24,840 bases of DNA, from UHGV virus genome UHGV-0183909. The stretch is one strand, 5' to 3'. Source of the DNA: a virus. Positions 14,056 to 22,784 of this stretch are shown here, piece by piece. A program made the position numbers and the translations under genes. Numbering within the stretch: position 1 is the stretch's first letter; each line of letters starts with the position of its first letter. Below the pieces are notes generated by a model. That model had not been told where the DNA came from. It saw only the letters and a program-made list of their open reading frames with translations, and made no database searches.

Positions 14056-14889
14056 ATGAACCTTGAAGCCCTACCAAAATTTTATTCACCAAAATCGCCA
14101 AAGTTGAGTGATGACGCGCCAGCAACCAGCAATGATGCATTGTCTGTGACTGATGTGATGGCTGCACAGGGGATGACACAGAACCGCGCATCATTTGGCT
14201 TTTCTGCGTTCCTGGGGAAGTTGGGGATCAGCATCACTGAAAAAGAAAAGGCTATCGCGCTTCTTTCTAATTATGCCCTTGCTCGCTGCGACAGAGTCCC
14301 GGCGCTTCGAAAATTGAGCGCTGAAATCAAGCCAAAAGTAATTCGCATTCTCGCTGTTTATGCATTCGAGGATTATTCTCGAAGTGCAAGCACTACACGA
14401 ATCTGTGACTGCTGTAATGGTGAAGGGTTTATTGATGCCGAAGTCTTCAGCATGAAAACCCACACACCAGGCAAGAATAAAGAATTTGTCAAAATGTCAC
14501 TGCATATGGGCGTAAAAGATATCAAGCCATCAGCATATGAGGTGCGCAGACAAGTGAGAGAAATAAACCGCGTTCTGTGCCATCAGTGCAAAGGGAAGAA
14601 AGTAGTTAGTTCCTCATGCAACGATTGCCATGGTCGCGGTAAGGCCGTAAACCGCGAATTAACTGCAAAGCAGGGAGTACCGGTATTCACCGACTGTAAA
14701 CGATGCGGTGGTAATGGCTATGCAAGAATGCCGTCAACGGAAGCACTGGAAGCAATACGCCTTGTTACTGATGCCATTTCTCTCGATACATGGAAAAAGT
14801 CTGTGAAGAAGTTCTATGACGATCTCATTGAAAAGTTCGAAGTAGAAGAGGCATGGGCTGAAGAGCAATTGCGGCGGGTAACAAAATAA
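14056..14889 (+). CDS. Late-gene antitermination protein Q (lambdoid Q family with zinc-binding Cys clusters)
   Basis: GGAGAA RBS then ATG at 14056. Cys clusters CDCCNGEG, CHQCKGKK, CNDCHGRGK, CKRCGGNG. Last gene before the tandem terminators and the lysis cassette. Confidence 0.75.
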   Translation: MNLEALPKFYSPKSPKLSDDAPATSNDALSVTDVMAAQGMTQNRASFGFSAFLGKLGISITEKEKAIALLSNYALARCDRVPALRKLSAEIKPKVIRILAVYAFEDYSRSASTTRICDCCNGEGFIDAEVFSMKTHTPGKNKEFVKMSLHMGVKDIKPSAYEVRRQVREINRVLCHQCKGKKVVSSSCNDCHGRGKAVNRELTAKQGVPVFTDCKRCGGNGYARMPSTEALEAIRLVTDAISLDTWKKSVKKFYDDLIEKFEVEEAWAEEQLRRVTK

Positions 14890-14993
14890 AAACCAGTTAA
14901 ATTTAGATGTGATATTTACTTTTCCCGAATCTGTGTTAATTTTTATCTAACGATGGGCTTTGTATGTCCACGGTTAGAAAGAATATCAAAAAA

Positions 14994-15022
14994 CCTCGCT
15001 TCGGCGGGGTTTTCGCGTTTTT
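14994..15022 (+). terminator. Intrinsic terminator downstream of Q (candidate tR' target of Q antitermination)
   Basis: CCTCGC-TTCG-GCGGGG hairpin with UUCG tetraloop, followed by TTTTCGCGTTTTT. Confidence 0.7.
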
Positions 15023-15023
15023 A

Positions 15024-15048
15024 GGGCTGCCAATTGGTGGCCTTTTTT
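15024..15048 (+). terminator. Second tandem intrinsic terminator before the lysis genes
   Basis: GGCTGCCAATTGGTGGCC hairpin followed by TTTTTTATT. Confidence 0.6.
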
Positions 15049-15093
15049 ATTCCCCTCGTTCTGAGAGGACTCACGGCAATAAGAGGGGGCTAA

Positions 15094-15489
15094 ATGTCCG
15101 ATCCTGTTTCTGGCACTACGGTTGCCGCTGGTGGCCTTATGGGTGCCAGTGTTTTTGGTATCGCAACCGGTATTGATTATGGCGTGGTGTTTGGCGCTTT
15201 CGCAGGAGCTGTGTTCTACGTGGCGACAGCAGCAAACATCAGCAGGATGAAGTTGGTTGGCTATTTCGTGACGTCGTTTATTGTCGGCGTTCTCGGCGCG
15301 GGGCTTGTCGGTTCGTACCTTGCCAAATGGACAGGCTATAGTGACAGGCCGCTTGATGCACTCGGAGCGGTGGCGGTAGCTGCATTAGCCATCAAACTTC
15401 TTACCTTCATCAACAGTCAGGATTTGGGAAGCCTGTTCAGTATGCTTTCGCGATTGCGTGGAGGAGGGGCCAGCAATGGTAACAAGTGA
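15094..15489 (+). CDS. Putative holin / lysis membrane protein
   Basis: 131-aa ORF with AGAGGGGG RBS; several hydrophobic Gly/Ala-rich segments consistent with transmembrane helices; first gene after tR'. Confidence 0.55.
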   Translation: MSDPVSGTTVAAGGLMGASVFGIATGIDYGVVFGAFAGAVFYVATAANISRMKLVGYFVTSFIVGVLGAGLVGSYLAKWTGYSDRPLDALGAVAVAALAIKLLTFINSQDLGSLFSMLSRLRGGGASNGNK

Positions 15490-15757
15490 TCCTTCAGCGA
15501 TGATTAATGCGGGTATTTGCGCGGTCATCGTACTTGCTTTGATGTTTTACCAGCGTGGCGGTGCCAGACATCGCCCGATAGTTTCTCTTCTCGCTTACTT
15601 CACGGTGCTGGTTTATGCCAGCATCCCGTTCCGCTATCTGTTCGGCCTCTACCAGGAATCACACTGGCTGGTGGTCATCGTTAACATCCTGATATGCGCC
15701 GCCGTGCTTTGGGCTCGGGGAAACGTGGCGCGTCTTATTGATGCTCTGAGGCACTAA
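15476..15757 (+). CDS. Putative holin or antiholin (small membrane protein)
   Basis: GGAGGAGGGG RBS then ATG at 15476. Hydrophobic segments AMINAGICAVIVLALMF and HWLVVIVNILICAAVLW; stop overlaps the endolysin start (TAATG). Confidence 0.55.
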   Translation: MVTSDPSAMINAGICAVIVLALMFYQRGGARHRPIVSLLAYFTVLVYASIPFRYLFGLYQESHWLVVIVNILICAAVLWARGNVARLIDALRH

Positions 15758-16368
15758 TGAACCAATCACAATTTCAACAGGCGGCTGTTATTAGCGCCGG
15801 GTTAGCTGCACGCTGGTTTCAGCCGATTACGGATGCAATGAAAGAGTTCGGCATCACGGAGCCAAAAGATAAGGCGATGTTCATTGCTCAGGTAGGACAT
15901 GAATCAGCGGGATTCTCTGCGCTGGTGGAGAACTTCAACTACACACCTGCTGCATTACTGACGACGTTTGGACGCCGGGTAACGAACTACCAGGCATCAA
16001 TGCTTGGACGTGCCAACGGTAAGCCAGCAAGTCAGGAAGCTATCGCAAACCTGGTATACAGCAACCGCCTGGGTAACAAAGCTGCTGGTGATGGCTGGAA
16101 ATACCGTGGGCGTGGGTTAATTCAGATTACCGGTCTCACCAATTACCGTGATTGCGGTATTGGTCTTAAGCTTGACCTGGTTACTACCCCTGAACTGCTG
16201 GAGAAAGACATTAATGCTGCACGTTCTGCTGCATGGTTCTACGCCTCCAAAGGTTGTCTGAAGTACACCGATGACCTGGTGCGCATCACTCAGATTATCA
16301 ATGGCGGTCAGAACGGCATTAATGACAGACGCGTGCGTTACGCCAAAGCGAAAGCGGTGATTGCATGA
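15757..16368 (+). CDS. Endolysin, glycoside hydrolase family 19 (chitinase-like lysozyme)
   Basis: 203-aa ORF. FIAQVGHESAGFSALVENFNY...GWKYRGRGLIQITGLTNY...INGGQNG matches GH19-type phage endolysins. Confidence 0.85.
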   Translation: MNQSQFQQAAVISAGLAARWFQPITDAMKEFGITEPKDKAMFIAQVGHESAGFSALVENFNYTPAALLTTFGRRVTNYQASMLGRANGKPASQEAIANLVYSNRLGNKAAGDGWKYRGRGLIQITGLTNYRDCGIGLKLDLVTTPELLEKDINAARSAAWFYASKGCLKYTDDLVRITQIINGGQNGINDRRVRYAKAKAVIA

Positions 16369-16643
16369 GTATTGTAGAAATCATCATTGGTGTTATTGGC
16401 GCTATCTGTGTTGCCGCTGCTGGTGGGTTTGGTCTTGGCCACATTCGCGGTACCAGCAAAGCAGAAGCAAAAGCCGATCAACAACGCACTGAAGAAAACG
16501 CTGCGGCGAAGATTGCAGTGGCAGAACGTCAGGCAGAAGTAACCAGAGAGGCCAGCAATGTACAGCAGAGTGTTAACCATATGCCTGATGACGATGTTGA
16601 TCGCGAGCTGCGCAAAAACTTCACCCGCCCCAGTGGTGGTTGA
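16365..16643 (+). CDS. Inner-membrane spanin (Rz-like i-spanin)
   Basis: ATGA overlap with the endolysin stop. N-terminal TM helix (IVEIIIGVIGAICVAAAGG) followed by a charged coiled-coil region. Confidence 0.75.
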   Translation: MSIVEIIIGVIGAICVAAAGGFGLGHIRGTSKAEAKADQQRTEENAAAKIAVAERQAEVTREASNVQQSVNHMPDDDVDRELRKNFTRPSGG

Positions 16644-16788
16644 TACCGGTTGCCTGTGGACCCGAATTATCTATCTGACCTACAGCGATATCGACGTGCT
16701 GGATAAGCAGACGAAGCGCGACATTCTGGCACATAACAAAGCGTGGCAGGCGAATTGCCAGAAGGTGCAAGGAAATGAACATCAATAA
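16558..16788 (+). CDS. Outer-membrane lipoprotein spanin (Rz1-like o-spanin), overlapping the i-spanin 3' end in another frame
   Basis: Signal peptide with lipobox (MLIASC); small Cys-containing mature region; overlapping-frame arrangement typical of Rz/Rz1 pairs. Confidence 0.7.
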   Translation: MYSRVLTICLMTMLIASCAKTSPAPVVVDTGCLWTRIIYLTYSDIDVLDKQTKRDILAHNKAWQANCQKVQGNEHQ

Positions 16789-17017
16789 TGTTAACGCTGC
16801 TTCAATATTATGCGAGCAGCTTAAGGAGCTTGAAGGGCAATACTCACTCGTCGTCCGTGGGGAAGGGCTAGGCATAACGATTCAGAGTCGTTATCAGGAT
16901 GATGCTTTTGTTAATGCGGTACGTAGCAGCGTTACTGGGGAACTTAGCCGACGCATTGGAGCCGTTAAACATCAGCTTAAAGAACTAGGAATAACGTCAT
17001 TTACCAAAGAGCAGTAG
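16775..17017 (+). CDS. Hypothetical protein
   Basis: 80-aa ORF with AAGGAA RBS. Confidence 0.5.
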   Translation: MNINNVNAASILCEQLKELEGQYSLVVRGEGLGITIQSRYQDDAFVNAVRSSVTGELSRRIGAVKHQLKELGITSFTKEQ

Positions 17018-17107
17018 CCATTACAAAGCTCATCTGCTGGTGGGCTTGATAATGGTTATCCCCGTAAGCGGATAATGCAATCAATATACCCTCTAAAGGA
17101 TAAAACT

Positions 17108-17308
17108 ATGACACCATTAGTTCTGACAGCAGAGCAGATCAAATCCCTTGCAGAATTTGCAGAGCAGGAAGGTCAGCCGTTCTATACGATCGCCCACTCA
17201 ACCATTCCTGAGTTTGAATCAGAAAGTGGTGAAGTTGTTCCGGCATATGAAGGGCTGATTGCCTACTCCGAGTCAGAGGAACATGGCGTTCTTCAGCTCG
17301 ACGATTAA
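17108..17308 (+). CDS. Hypothetical small acidic protein
   Basis: Internal ATG with AAAGGA RBS; acidic C-terminus SESEEHGVLQLDD. Confidence 0.5.
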   Translation: MTPLVLTAEQIKSLAEFAEQEGQPFYTIAHSTIPEFESESGEVVPAYEGLIAYSESEEHGVLQLDD

Positions 17309-17562
17309 GCATTACAGCAGGCATTCACTGAGTGCCTGTGATAATGTCGAATTGTGGTAAATGCGCAGGCTGATGCGCAGCGCGTGGATGTGAAGCGAAG
17401 CAAGTCGTGCCGTTGGTTCCCTGCTAAGCGCCAACGGAATTCCGGGTTCAGCACCGGATACCACACCTAATTGAATTGTCAGTGGCTAGGGTAGCTCCTG
17501 AAAAGCGGCATCGTCACCGCCTGCCACTGATAACCTGACGAACAACTAAGACGAGGTTGTAG

Positions 17563-17940
17563 ATGAATGGTGAAGAATACCGCGCTTTGATAGCCACTCT
17601 TTTTGAAGAGTTAGTAATTGCAAATGGACTGATCAAGGAAATCTGCTCGGTACGAGAAATACCGATACCTGCTGCCTCTATGAAGAGAATGGACAATGCT
17701 ATTCATGAAGCAAGACATAAAATGTCTGATGGTTTCGAAAGAGATTGGATAAGCGTTGATGAAAGACTGCCGGAAAGCAAAGAGGGTCAGTGGTCGAAAG
17801 AGGTAATCGCGCTTAGTGATACTGGTGATGTGTTCAAACTATCCTGTATGGGAACTTACTGGCAGAGAACAACAGCGTTCATTGAATCGAGTTCCAGCAA
17901 GATTACTCACTGGATGCCGCTGATATACCCCGATGATTAA
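17563..17940 (+). CDS. DUF551 domain protein
   Basis: C-terminal pattern WISVDERLPE...VIALSDTGDV...ITHWMPLIYPDD matches the DUF551 signature (W.S....LP ... THWMPLP). Confidence 0.7.
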   Translation: MNGEEYRALIATLFEELVIANGLIKEICSVREIPIPAASMKRMDNAIHEARHKMSDGFERDWISVDERLPESKEGQWSKEVIALSDTGDVFKLSCMGTYWQRTTAFIESSSSKITHWMPLIYPDD

Positions 17941-17958
17941 AACAGAATGAAAAATAGA

Positions 17959-17980
17959 GGTCGCTTAGGCGACCTTTTTT
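17959..17980 (+). terminator. Intrinsic terminator downstream of the DUF551 gene
   Basis: GGTCGC-TTAG-GCGACC hairpin followed by TTTTTT. Confidence 0.7.
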
Positions 17981-18100
17981 ATTGCGCTTCGCACGCGCAT
18001 ATCGAAGAGAGTCTTTCAGTAGTGAGCCTGGGTAATGCCGTTAGGTTGCGTTTACCTCTCGGGCGGCGTTGCCGTGCGACAGGCTCACGTCTAAAAGGAA

Positions 18101-19564
18101 ATGCACATGCAGGTCACAATAGATGGTGTCCCGTATGCACCTGTCAATAATTCACACTCAGCGGTAGGGATCGCCATAACTACGCATAACAGACCTGATG
18201 TTCTTAAGCGTGCCATCGAGCAGCACATGAAGCATCTTCCGTCCGGTGCGCTGGTGGTCGTCATCGACGATGGCTCAAAGCCTCCCGCTGTTGTACCGGC
18301 TAATGTAAAACTGGTTCGTCATGACCAATCATGCGGTATTGTCGCTTCGAAGAACGCCAGCCTGACCGCACTGGTGGATGCCGGGTGTGAGCATCTCTTC
18401 CTATGGGATGATGACGCGTGGCCCATCGCCGATAACTGGCATCTTCCCTACATCGAATCTCCCGAGCCGCACCTGGCTTACCAGTTTCTCGATCTTGCTG
18501 GGCCGAGAAAGCTTAATGATATGGCCGTGCTGTACCGGGATGATAAGCACATCGCTTACACCGGACAACGCGGTGTGATGCTGTATTACCACCGCAGCGC
18601 TATTGAGAAGGTTGGCGGTTTCGATCCGGTTTATGGTCGCGGCATGTACGAGCATCCAGATCTGGCGCTACGCATTCACAATGCCGGTTTATCGACCTGG
18701 GCGTTCGCTGATGTGGTCGGATCTGAAAAACTGATTCATTCAATGGATGAGCACGAAGAGGGTACGCGCTCAATTCCACGACCTGACCGAGAGGCGCTGG
18801 TAAAAAGAAACGTTGGCATATTCAATGCTCGCCGTGACAGCGGTTATACAGGCTTTTCCTCTTATAGCAGAAATCCAAATCTGGTGATTACGACGCTACT
18901 CACAAGCCAGCCAGACCCACAGCGCGGCGGAAAGATGAAACCCGACCCGCAGGTTCTGCAATCATGGGCTGACTCAATATCCGGCGCACTACCAATTGTC
19001 TTGGCTGACGAATTGAAAGAGTCGCCAACTGGTGCTGGTTTAAGTGAAGTCCCGCTGGTGGACATGAGCCCATACTTTGCTCGCTGGCTTCACATCTATC
19101 AGTTTCTACGTGCGCACCCTGAGTATCACCTTGTCTGGTGCACTGATGGTACTGACGTTGAAATGTTGCGAGAGCCCTGGGCAGAAATGCAGTCGGGTAA
19201 AATTTACGTTGGCTCAGAGCACAAGACGTATTCCGACGAATGGATGAAAGCAAATCACCACGGCAAGGCGTATAGCGATTTCATCGAGCAACATCGCGAT
19301 GAACCACTGCTAAATGCTGGCTTGTTAGGTGGTAACCGTGAAGACGTTATGGAGTTCGCGCATCGTATCATTCGTCAGTATTACCTGATTGAAAGTCATC
19401 GCTTCTGGAAGATTGAAAGAGCGCCTGAAACGAAGGTTGATATGGGTGCATTCGGCATGGTGGCGAAGTCATTTGGAGACAAGGTTATTACCGGGCCCAA
19501 GGTTCACACCATCTTCAAGTCTGAAGGCGTTGGCAAGGAGTTGGCATGGTGGATGCACAAGTAA
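18101..19564 (+). CDS. Two-domain glycosyltransferase: N-terminal GT2 (GT-A fold), C-terminal domain of unclear family
   Basis: 487-aa ORF. GT2 hallmarks: GIAITTHNRPDVLKRAIE, VVVIDDGS, LWDDDAWP (DxD) and VGGFD. C-terminal half (LVITTLLTS..., WCTDGTDVEML) may be a second nucleotide-sugar transferase-like domain. Confidence 0.8.
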   Translation: MHMQVTIDGVPYAPVNNSHSAVGIAITTHNRPDVLKRAIEQHMKHLPSGALVVVIDDGSKPPAVVPANVKLVRHDQSCGIVASKNASLTALVDAGCEHLFLWDDDAWPIADNWHLPYIESPEPHLAYQFLDLAGPRKLNDMAVLYRDDKHIAYTGQRGVMLYYHRSAIEKVGGFDPVYGRGMYEHPDLALRIHNAGLSTWAFADVVGSEKLIHSMDEHEEGTRSIPRPDREALVKRNVGIFNARRDSGYTGFSSYSRNPNLVITTLLTSQPDPQRGGKMKPDPQVLQSWADSISGALPIVLADELKESPTGAGLSEVPLVDMSPYFARWLHIYQFLRAHPEYHLVWCTDGTDVEMLREPWAEMQSGKIYVGSEHKTYSDEWMKANHHGKAYSDFIEQHRDEPLLNAGLLGGNREDVMEFAHRIIRQYYLIESHRFWKIERAPETKVDMGAFGMVAKSFGDKVITGPKVHTIFKSEGVGKELAWWMHK

Positions 19565-20139
19565 AGTTTGTGGTTGTTGGTCACCATCTGCGCCACAAAC
19601 AAGCATTAATTCTGGCTGAGTCGATAGGTGCATTACTGCTTATCGACACGGGAGATAACGGTGCTAACTGGAATCACCGCCGCGCTCTTGAATGGGCAGA
19701 AGAGCAGTCTTGCCGAGTGGTCATTTTAGAAGACGATGCAATTCCAGTTGATGGGTTCACCAACAAACTCGTTAAGTGGATTGAGCGCTTCCCTGATGCA
19801 CTGGTTTCTTTCTATCTCGGTACTGGTCGTCCTCCACAATATCAACTCGATATAGCATCAAAGCTAATCGCAGCAGATAAGAGCAGAACTGATTACATAA
19901 CACTTTCACGTCTGATCCATGGCGTCTGCTACAGCGTACCGCATCAGCATATCAAGCGAGTTCTTGATAAATGGAACCACGGCAAAGCAGCAGATTATGC
20001 AGTAGGTGATGCTTATGGTGGCCCTGTTGTTTATCCATGCTACTCGCTCGTTGACCATGCTGACGGACAGCCGGTAGAACCAGCGCGAGACAACCAGCCA
20101 CGTACAGAACGCCGAAGAGCATGGAGGTTACATGTCTAA
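19546..20139 (+). CDS. Putative GT25-like glycosyltransferase (LPS/LOS glycosyltransferase-like)
   Basis: AAGGAG RBS; start overlaps the 3' end of the GT2 gene. GANWNHRRALEWAEEQSCRVVILEDDAIPVDGF resembles the GT25 signature (G..GC..SH..W...ILEDD), as I recall it. Confidence 0.6.
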   Translation: MVDAQVKFVVVGHHLRHKQALILAESIGALLLIDTGDNGANWNHRRALEWAEEQSCRVVILEDDAIPVDGFTNKLVKWIERFPDALVSFYLGTGRPPQYQLDIASKLIAADKSRTDYITLSRLIHGVCYSVPHQHIKRVLDKWNHGKAADYAVGDAYGGPVVYPCYSLVDHADGQPVEPARDNQPRTERRRAWRLHV

Positions 20140-20500
20140 ACTAAAGACACTACAGCCACGCCTTAAAGCTATCGACACGCGGCGCATCAAACCTATCTAT
20201 GGTGAGCATCGTCGAGTCAGTGGCAGTGCCAGGGTAAGCCTGAAGCGACGTATCTATGTTCGCGACGGTGGTCATTGCTGCATGTGCAAGCGAGTAGTAG
20301 ACCTGCATGACAGTGAGCTTGACCACCGCATTGCTCTACAGTTCGGCGGTGACAACGATGAGCGCAACCTTTGGACGCTGTGCATCGAGTGTCATTCAGG
20401 TAAGTCATCGCGAGAAGCATCAATGAACCAGCCTGATGGTGAGGCTCTGAAGCACTCTGTGCCGAAAGATAAATCACAATCTGGCATCGTAATTCTCTGA
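20132..20500 (+). CDS. HNH endonuclease (packaging-associated, upstream of small terminase)
   Basis: GGAGG RBS. HNH signature GGHCCMCKRVVDLHDSELDHRIALQFGGDNDERNLWTLCIECHSGK (two Cys pairs, His-Asn-His spacing). Confidence 0.85.
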   Translation: MSKLKTLQPRLKAIDTRRIKPIYGEHRRVSGSARVSLKRRIYVRDGGHCCMCKRVVDLHDSELDHRIALQFGGDNDERNLWTLCIECHSGKSSREASMNQPDGEALKHSVPKDKSQSGIVIL

Positions 20501-20600
20501 CCAAACACCGGGGGGGTATCAGTGGGTGTCAACGCCGATCGCGCTGGACACCGCGCCCCCTCTCACGCGTAGAAAAAATTCCCTTTTGGAGGGTGTTAAC

Positions 20601-21083
20601 GTGTTAACAGGACAGAAGCGCAAGTTCGCACAGGCGCGGATGTCCGGTTCATCCCAGGCTGAAGCAGCCCGTAAGGCCGGTTACTCCGAGAAAACCGCAA
20701 GGTCTCAGGGTTCACGGCTGGCAAAAGACCCGGATATCATCGCTTACATTGAAAAAAATGGAGCAGGTGATAAGCCTTCAAAATTTGTTGGGCTGCCAAT
20801 TCCTCCATCAGCGAAGGTGGGAAAAGATCTACCCATGGAGGTAGAGCCAGTACCGACCCTGAACAAATATGAAGATCCTCTTGAATTCCTGAAATCTGTC
20901 ATGAATGACCCAACTCTTGAACTTGATGACAGAAAAGACGCAGCGAAGGCGATGCTTCCATACATTCATCAGAAAAAAGGTGAGGGTGGGAAAAAGGAAG
21001 CGAAAGGCGCAGCCGCAAAAAATGCAGCCAATAAGTTTGCCGTTCCTGCACCGCCGAAACTTGTTGTAAACAACCGGGGGTGA
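20601..21083 (+). CDS. Terminase small subunit (P27-like)
   Basis: GTG start after GGAGGG. LTGQKRKFAQARMSGSSQAEAARKAGYSEKTARSQGSRLAKDPDIIAYI matches the conserved N-terminal HTH region of P27-family small terminases. The longer GTG-initiated ORF from 20526 is possible. Confidence 0.75.
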   Translation: MLTGQKRKFAQARMSGSSQAEAARKAGYSEKTARSQGSRLAKDPDIIAYIEKNGAGDKPSKFVGLPIPPSAKVGKDLPMEVEPVPTLNKYEDPLEFLKSVMNDPTLELDDRKDAAKAMLPYIHQKKGEGGKKEAKGAAAKNAANKFAVPAPPKLVVNNRG

Positions 21084-21086
21084 TTA

Positions 21087-22745
21087 ATGCCAGAATGGAC
21101 TACAGCATGCCCTGACTGGAGTGAACGACTTAAGCGCGGTGATTCGATAATTCCACCACCGATTTATCCTGAACAGGCAGAGATAGCGCTTAATATTTTC
21201 AAGCAACTGAAAATAGTTGATGCGCCAGGCTCTCCAACGTTTGGTGAGTCGTGTGCCAATTGGGTGTTTGATCTGGTTGCGGCGCTTTTCGGTTCGTACG
21301 ATGCCGAAACAGGAAGGCGGCATATCACGGAAGTTTTCGTACTAATACCGAAAAAAAACAGTAAATCTACACTTGCTGCCGGAATTATGATGACGGCACT
21401 GCTTCTCAACTGGCGACAAGCTGCCGGCTACACAATTATTGCCCCAACTGTAGAAGTAGCAACGAACGCATTTAACCCCGCTCGCGATATGGTTAAGCGT
21501 GATGATGACCTTGATGATCTTTGCCAGGTACAAACCCATATTAGGACCATTACTCACCTGGTGAGCGATACCACGCTGAAGGTTGTTGCAGCAGATGCAA
21601 ACACTGTTTCTGGGATTAAATCAGTAGGAACGCTGATTGATGAACTTTGGCTATTCGGAAAGCAGGCAAATGCGGAGGATTTACTTCGTGAAGCGATAGG
21701 TGGTTTGGCATCTCGTCCTGAAGGATTCGTGATGTACACTACTACGCAATCAAACGAACCTCCAGCCGGTGTTTTTAAACAAAAACTTCAGTACGCTCGC
21801 GACGTTAGAGACGGGAAAATTATTGATCCAAACTTTCTTCCCGTTATTTTCGAACACCCGCCAGAAATGGTTGCCAACGGCGATCACCTTCTTCTTGAAA
21901 ATATGCCGATGGTTAACCCTAACTTGGGGTATTCGGTCGATGAGCAGTTTCTTAATCGTGAGTTTAGGAAAGCCAAAGAAGCAGGAGAAGAAGCATTTCG
22001 TGGATTCATGGCAAAGCACGCGAACATAGAGATTGGTTTGGCGTTACGTGCTGACCGATGGGCAGGTGCTGATTTCTGGGAGCAACAAGCAGAAAGGGTA
22101 AGTTTTGAAGAAATTATTCAACGCAGCGAGGTCATCACGGTTGGTATTGATGGTGGTGGTCTTGATGACCTACTTGGACTGTCAATAACCGGCAGAGATA
22201 AAGACACGCGAAAATGGATATCCTGGAGCCATGCTTGGGCCCACGAAATTATGCTTGAACGCCGTAAAAGCGAGATATCGAAACTGCGTGATTTTGAAAA
22301 GGCCGGAGACTTCACCATTGTGAAGCGAGTTGGTCAGGACACAGAGCAAGTTGCAGAGTACGTCAGCAGAATTTATGAAGCTGATTTGCTGGATAAGATT
22401 GGTATTGACCCGGCAGGCGTTGGGCAAATTCTGGATGCACTGGTTGAGGCAGGAATCCCTCCTGAACTGGTAGTCGGTATCAGTCAGGGCTGGCGACTTG
22501 GCGGCGCGATAATGACTACCGAGCGAAAACTTGCTGAAGGCGTCCTGATCCACGGCGGTCAGCCGATGATGGCCTGGTGCGTTGGTAACGCAAGGGTAGA
22601 ACCTAAGGGTAACGCCATCCTGATTACCAAGCAGGCCAGTGGGAAGGGGAAAATTGACCCCCTTATGGCGCTATTTAATGCCGTCTCGTTAATGGCACTG
22701 AATCCAGAGGCGAAGAAACAAGATTACCAGGTATTTTTCATATAA
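21087..22745 (+). CDS. Terminase large subunit (ATPase plus nuclease)
   Basis: 552-aa ORF. Walker A-like region VFVLIPKKNSKSTLAAGIMMTALLL; C-terminal nuclease-like region VGIDGGGLDDLLGLSITG. Confidence 0.9.
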   Translation: MPEWTTACPDWSERLKRGDSIIPPPIYPEQAEIALNIFKQLKIVDAPGSPTFGESCANWVFDLVAALFGSYDAETGRRHITEVFVLIPKKNSKSTLAAGIMMTALLLNWRQAAGYTIIAPTVEVATNAFNPARDMVKRDDDLDDLCQVQTHIRTITHLVSDTTLKVVAADANTVSGIKSVGTLIDELWLFGKQANAEDLLREAIGGLASRPEGFVMYTTTQSNEPPAGVFKQKLQYARDVRDGKIIDPNFLPVIFEHPPEMVANGDHLLLENMPMVNPNLGYSVDEQFLNREFRKAKEAGEEAFRGFMAKHANIEIGLALRADRWAGADFWEQQAERVSFEEIIQRSEVITVGIDGGGLDDLLGLSITGRDKDTRKWISWSHAWAHEIMLERRKSEISKLRDFEKAGDFTIVKRVGQDTEQVAEYVSRIYEADLLDKIGIDPAGVGQILDALVEAGIPPELVVGISQGWRLGGAIMTTERKLAEGVLIHGGQPMMAWCVGNARVEPKGNAILITKQASGKGKIDPLMALFNAVSLMALNPEAKKQDYQVFFI

Positions 22746-22764
22746 CACACACGTCAGTTAATGA

Positions 22765-22784
22765 CCCGCTACGGCGGGTTTTTT
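22765..22784 (+). terminator. Hairpin plus U-run between the large terminase and the capsid ORF (terminator or attenuator)
   Basis: CCCGC-TACG-GCGGG followed by TTTTTT, then GGAGGA RBS and ATG at 22804. Confidence 0.5.

Noticed and set aside
14964-15176. 70-aa plus-strand ORF downstream of Q
   Set aside because: It spans the two tandem intrinsic terminators and overlaps the start of the holin gene in another frame; the Gly/Cys/Trp-rich translation is typical of GC-rich hairpin DNA.
20217-20504. 95-aa minus-strand ORF
   Set aside because: Antisense to the HNH endonuclease gene; Cys/His-rich translation is the mirror of the HNH coding sequence.
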